From Eledone cirrhosa (Eukaryota): DNA of 64,000 bases. The notes below the pieces were generated by a model that did no database searches, had not been told where the DNA came from, and worked only from the letters and a program-made list of their open reading frames with translations. The stretch lies in contig OZ024743.1 of NCBI GenBank assembly GCA_964016885.1, positions 219,666,001 to 219,730,000 on the forward strand, read 5' to 3'. The position numbers were made by a program, and so were the translations under genes. Positions 60,801 through 64,000 of this stretch are shown piece after piece (the stretch's first letter is position 1; each line of letters starts with the position of its first letter).

Positions 60801-63800
60801 TAGAACATTGTTAGAACGCCAGATAGAATGTTGTATGAACGCAAGATAGAATGTTTTTAGAACGCCAGACAGAATGCTGTTAGAACGCCAGATAGAATGT
60901 TGTTTGAACGCCGGATAGAATGTTGTTAGAACGCCGAATAGAATATTGTTAGAACGCCAGATAGAATGTTGTATGAACGCCAGATAGAATGATGTATGAA
61001 CGCCAGATAGAATGTTGTTAGGACGCCAGATAGAATGTTGCATGAACACCGGATAGAATGTTGTTAGAACACCGAATAGAAAGGTTGTTAGAACGACAGA
61101 TAGAATGTTGTATGAACACCTGATAGAATGTTGTTAACACGCCGAATAGAATGTTGTTAGAACGCCAGATAGAATGTTGTATGAACGCCAGATAGAATGC
61201 TGTATGAACGCCAGATAGAACGTTGTTAGAAAGCCAGATAGAATGTTGTTAAAACACCAGATAGAATGTTGCTAGAACGCCAGATAGAATGTTGTTAGAA
61301 AGCCGGATAGAATGTTGTTAGAAAGCCGGATAGAATGTTGTATGAAGGCCAGATAGAATATTGTTAGAACGCCAGATAGAATGTTGTTAGAACGCCAGAT
61401 AGAATGTTGTATGAACGCCAGATAGAATGTTGTATGAACGCCAGATAGAATGTTGTTAGAACGCCAGATAGAACGTTGTATGAACGCCACATAGAATTTT
61501 GTTAGAACGCCATATAGAATGTTGTATGAACGCCAGATAGAATGTTGTATGAACGCCAGATAGAATGTTGTATGAACACCGGATAGAATATTGTTAGAAC
61601 GCCGAATAGAATGTTGTTAGAACGACATATAGAATGTTGTATGAACGCCAGATAGAATGATGTTAAAACGCCAGATAGAATGTTGTTAGAACACCAGATA
61701 GAATGTTGTATGAACGCCAGATAGAGTGTTGTATGAACGCCAGATAGAATGTTGTATGAACGCCACATAGAATTTTGTTAGAACGCCAGATAGAATGTTG
61801 TATTAACGCCAGATAGAATGTTGTATGAACGCCAGATAGAATGTTGTTAGAACGCCAGATAGAATGTTGTATGAACACCGGATAGAATGTTGTTAAAACG
61901 CCAGATAGAATGTTGTTAGAACACCAGATAGAATGTTGTATGAACGCCAGATAGAATGTTGTATGAACGCCAGATAGAATGTTGTATGAACGCCAGATAG
62001 AATGTTGTTAGAACGGCGAATAGAATATTGTTAGAACGCCAGATCGAATGTTGTATGAACGCCGGATAGAATGTTGTTAGAACGCCGAATAGAATATTGT
62101 TAGAACGCCAGATAGAATGTTGTATGAACGCCAGATAGAATGTTGTTAGGACGCCAGATAGAATGTTGCATGAACACCGGATAGAATGTTGTTAGAAAGC
62201 CGAATAGAAAGGTTGTTAGAACGACAGATAGAATGTTGTATGAACACCTGATAGAATGTTGTTAAAACGCTGAATAGAATATTGTTAGAACGCCAGATAG
62301 AATGTTGTGTGAACGCCAGATAGAAAGATGTTAAAACGCCAGATAGAATGTTGTTAGAACACCAGATAGAATGTCGTATGAACGCCAGATAGAATGTTGT
62401 ATGAACGCCAGATAGAATTTTGTTAGAACACCAGATAGAATGTTGTATGAACGCCAGATAGAAAGATGTTAAAACGCCAGATAGAATGTTGTTAGAACAC
62501 CAGATAGAATGTCGTATGAACGCCAGATAGAATGTTGTATGAACGCCAGATAGAATTTTGTTAGAACGCCAGATAGAATGTTGTATGAACGCCGGATAGA
62601 ATGTTGTATGAACGCCAGATAGAATGTTGTATGAACGCCAGATAGAATGTTGTATGAACACCGGATAGAATGTTGTTAGAACGCCAGATGGAATGTTGTA
62701 TGAACACCGGATAGAATGTTGTTAGAACGCCAGATAGAATGTTGTATGAACGCCAGATAGAATGCTGTATGAACGACAGATAGAATGTTGTATGAACGCC
62801 AGATAGAATGTTGTATGAACGCCAGATAGAATGGTTTTAGAACGCCAAATATAATGTTGTTAGATCTCCAGATAGAATGTTGTTAGAACGCCAGATAGAA
62901 CGTTGTTACAACGCCAGATAGAATGTTGTTAGAACTCCGGATAGAATGTTGTATGAACGCCAGATAGAACGTTGTTAGAACGCCGAATAGAAAGGTTGTT
63001 AGAACGCCAGATAGAATGTTGTATGAACGCCAGATAGAATGTTGTTACCACACCTGATAGAATGTTGTTAGAACCCCAGATAGAATGTTGTTAGAACGCC
63101 AGATAGAATGTTGTATGAACGCCAGATTAAATGTTGTATGAACGCCAGATGGAACGTTGTTAGAACGCCAGATAGAATGTTGTTAGAATGCCAGATAGAA
63201 TGTTGTATCACCGCCAGATAGAATGTTGTATGAACGCCAGATAGAACGTTGTTAGAAAGCCAGATAGAATGTTGTTACAACGTTAGATAGAATGTTGTTA
63301 GAACGCCAGATAGAATTTTGTTAGAACGCCAGATACAATGATGTATGAACGCCAGATAGAATGTTGTATGAACGCCAGATAGAACGTTGATAGAACGCCA
63401 GATAGAATGTTGTATGAACACCGGATAGAATGTTGTTAGAACGCCGAATAGAATGTTGTTAGAACACCAGAGAGAATGTTGTATGAACGCCAGATAGAGT
63501 GTTGTATGAACGCCAGATAGAATGTTGTATGAACGCCAGATAGAATATTGTTAGAAACGCCAGACAGAATGTTGTATGAACGCCAGATAGAATTTTGTAT
63601 TAACGCCAGATAGAATGTTGTATGAACGCCAGATAGAACGTTGTTAGACCGCCACATAGAATGTTGTACGAACGCCAGATAGAATGTTGTATGAACGCCA
63701 GATAGAACGTTGTTAGAACGCCACATAAAATGTTGTTAGAACGCCAGATAGAATGTTGTACGAACGCCAGATAGAATGTTGTATGAACGCCAGATATAAC

Positions 63801-64000
63801 GTTGTTAGAACGCCAGATAAAATGTTGTTAGAACACCAGATAGAATGTTGTTAGAACGCCTGATAGAACGTTGTTACAACGCTAATTAGAATGTTGTTAG
63901 AACTCCGGATAGAATATTGTATGAACGCCAGATAGAATGTTGTTAGAACTCAGGATAGAACGTTGTTACAACGCCAGATAGAATGTTGTTAGAAACCCAG
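55540..64000. repeat. HOR domain E2: duplication with 5940-bp period (258 monomers plus 6 bp); second copy ~61480-64000 runs off the window end
   Basis: Pseudo-ORF offsets 55562/61502, 56206/62146 and 57496/63436 all equal 5940. The rare variant agaaacccag is at 58051 and 63991. Six +1-bp monomers within the period account for the extra 6 bp. Confidence 0.9.

Larger units (their letters stand above)
1..64000. repeat. 23-bp tandem satellite array, consensus GAACGCCAGATAGAATGTTGT(TA/AT), ~2,780 monomers in one orientation, extending beyond both window ends
   Basis: Seen directly: GAAC monomer starts recur every 23 bp (e.g. 15840, 15863, 15886, 15909). Most monomers have 0-2 substitutions, a few have 1-3 bp indels, and no non-repeat sequence was seen. 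Confidence 0.99.

Noticed and set aside
198-63726. Dozens of minus-strand ORFs (61-171 aa) with repeating TTFYLAFIQHSIWRSNNILSGV peptides
   Set aside because: Three monomers give 23 codons cycling through all frames. The TA allele creates a TAA stop in one phase and the AT allele gives Ile, so ORF length only reports chance runs of AT at every third monomer. About seven such cycles is expected among thousands of monomers. The ORFs overlap in several frames and have no unique coding or regulatory context.
1-64000. CRISPR array (repeat length in the CRISPR range)
   Set aside because: There are no unique spacers, leader or cas genes, and the monomers abut directly.
1-64000. Telomerase-made long telomeric repeat, as in 23-25-bp budding-yeast telomeres
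   Set aside because: It does not match a telomere repeat I recognise and has no G-runs. The length of at least 64 kb and the variants inherited in kb-scale duplications indicate recombinational amplification rather than templated addition.
1-64000. ATG vs TAG (start vs stop) reading of the dimorphic site as a translational switch or encoded message
   Set aside because: Plus-strand ATG GAA-type reading from the AT allele (ATG AAC GCC AGA TAG) stops after four codons. The allele pattern is copied along with HOR duplications, as expected for passive variation.
1-64000. Heat-shock elements from the repeated nGAAn units
   Set aside because: HSEs need alternating inverted nGAAn/nTTCn pentamers. 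Here GAA units are all direct and 11-12 bp apart.
1-64000. Embedded transposon, inversion or unique island; or whole window as a sequencing artefact
   Set aside because: No departure from the monomer or its orientation was seen on reading through. Structured, heritable variants and phase conservation argue for real satellite DNA, although individual near-identical duplications still need read validation.

Overview
The whole 64 kb window is one uninterrupted, head-to-tail tandem (satellite) array of a 23-bp monomer, consensus GAACGCCAGATAGAATGTTGT[TA|AT], about 2,780 copies, consensus GC 9/23 (~39%). I found no unique sequence, credible gene, RNA gene, transposon or CRISPR array, and no orientation switch. 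All ORFs in the track are artefacts of translating three monomers (69 bp = 23 codons). The informative structure is inside the array. (i) The monomer ends in a near-binary TA/AT dinucleotide with rare intermediates. (ii) It has an internal 12+11 bp sub-repeat whose halves differ by C/T transitions. (iii) There are successive higher-order-repeat (HOR) domains with periods of 3216/3952, ~3.0-4.3 kb, 3910/3036/2507, ~1.7 kb and 3772-3774/5940 bp. (iv) The domains appear nested: variant markers of 15-31 kb reappear at 46-55 kb, markers of 1-15 kb reappear at 59-61 kb, and an indel-free core lies between at ~31-46 kb. This resembles eukaryotic (peri)centromeric or heterochromatic satellite, but neither organism nor function can be determined from the sequence. 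All comparisons were made by eye and from ORF-track offsets, and domain boundaries are approximate.
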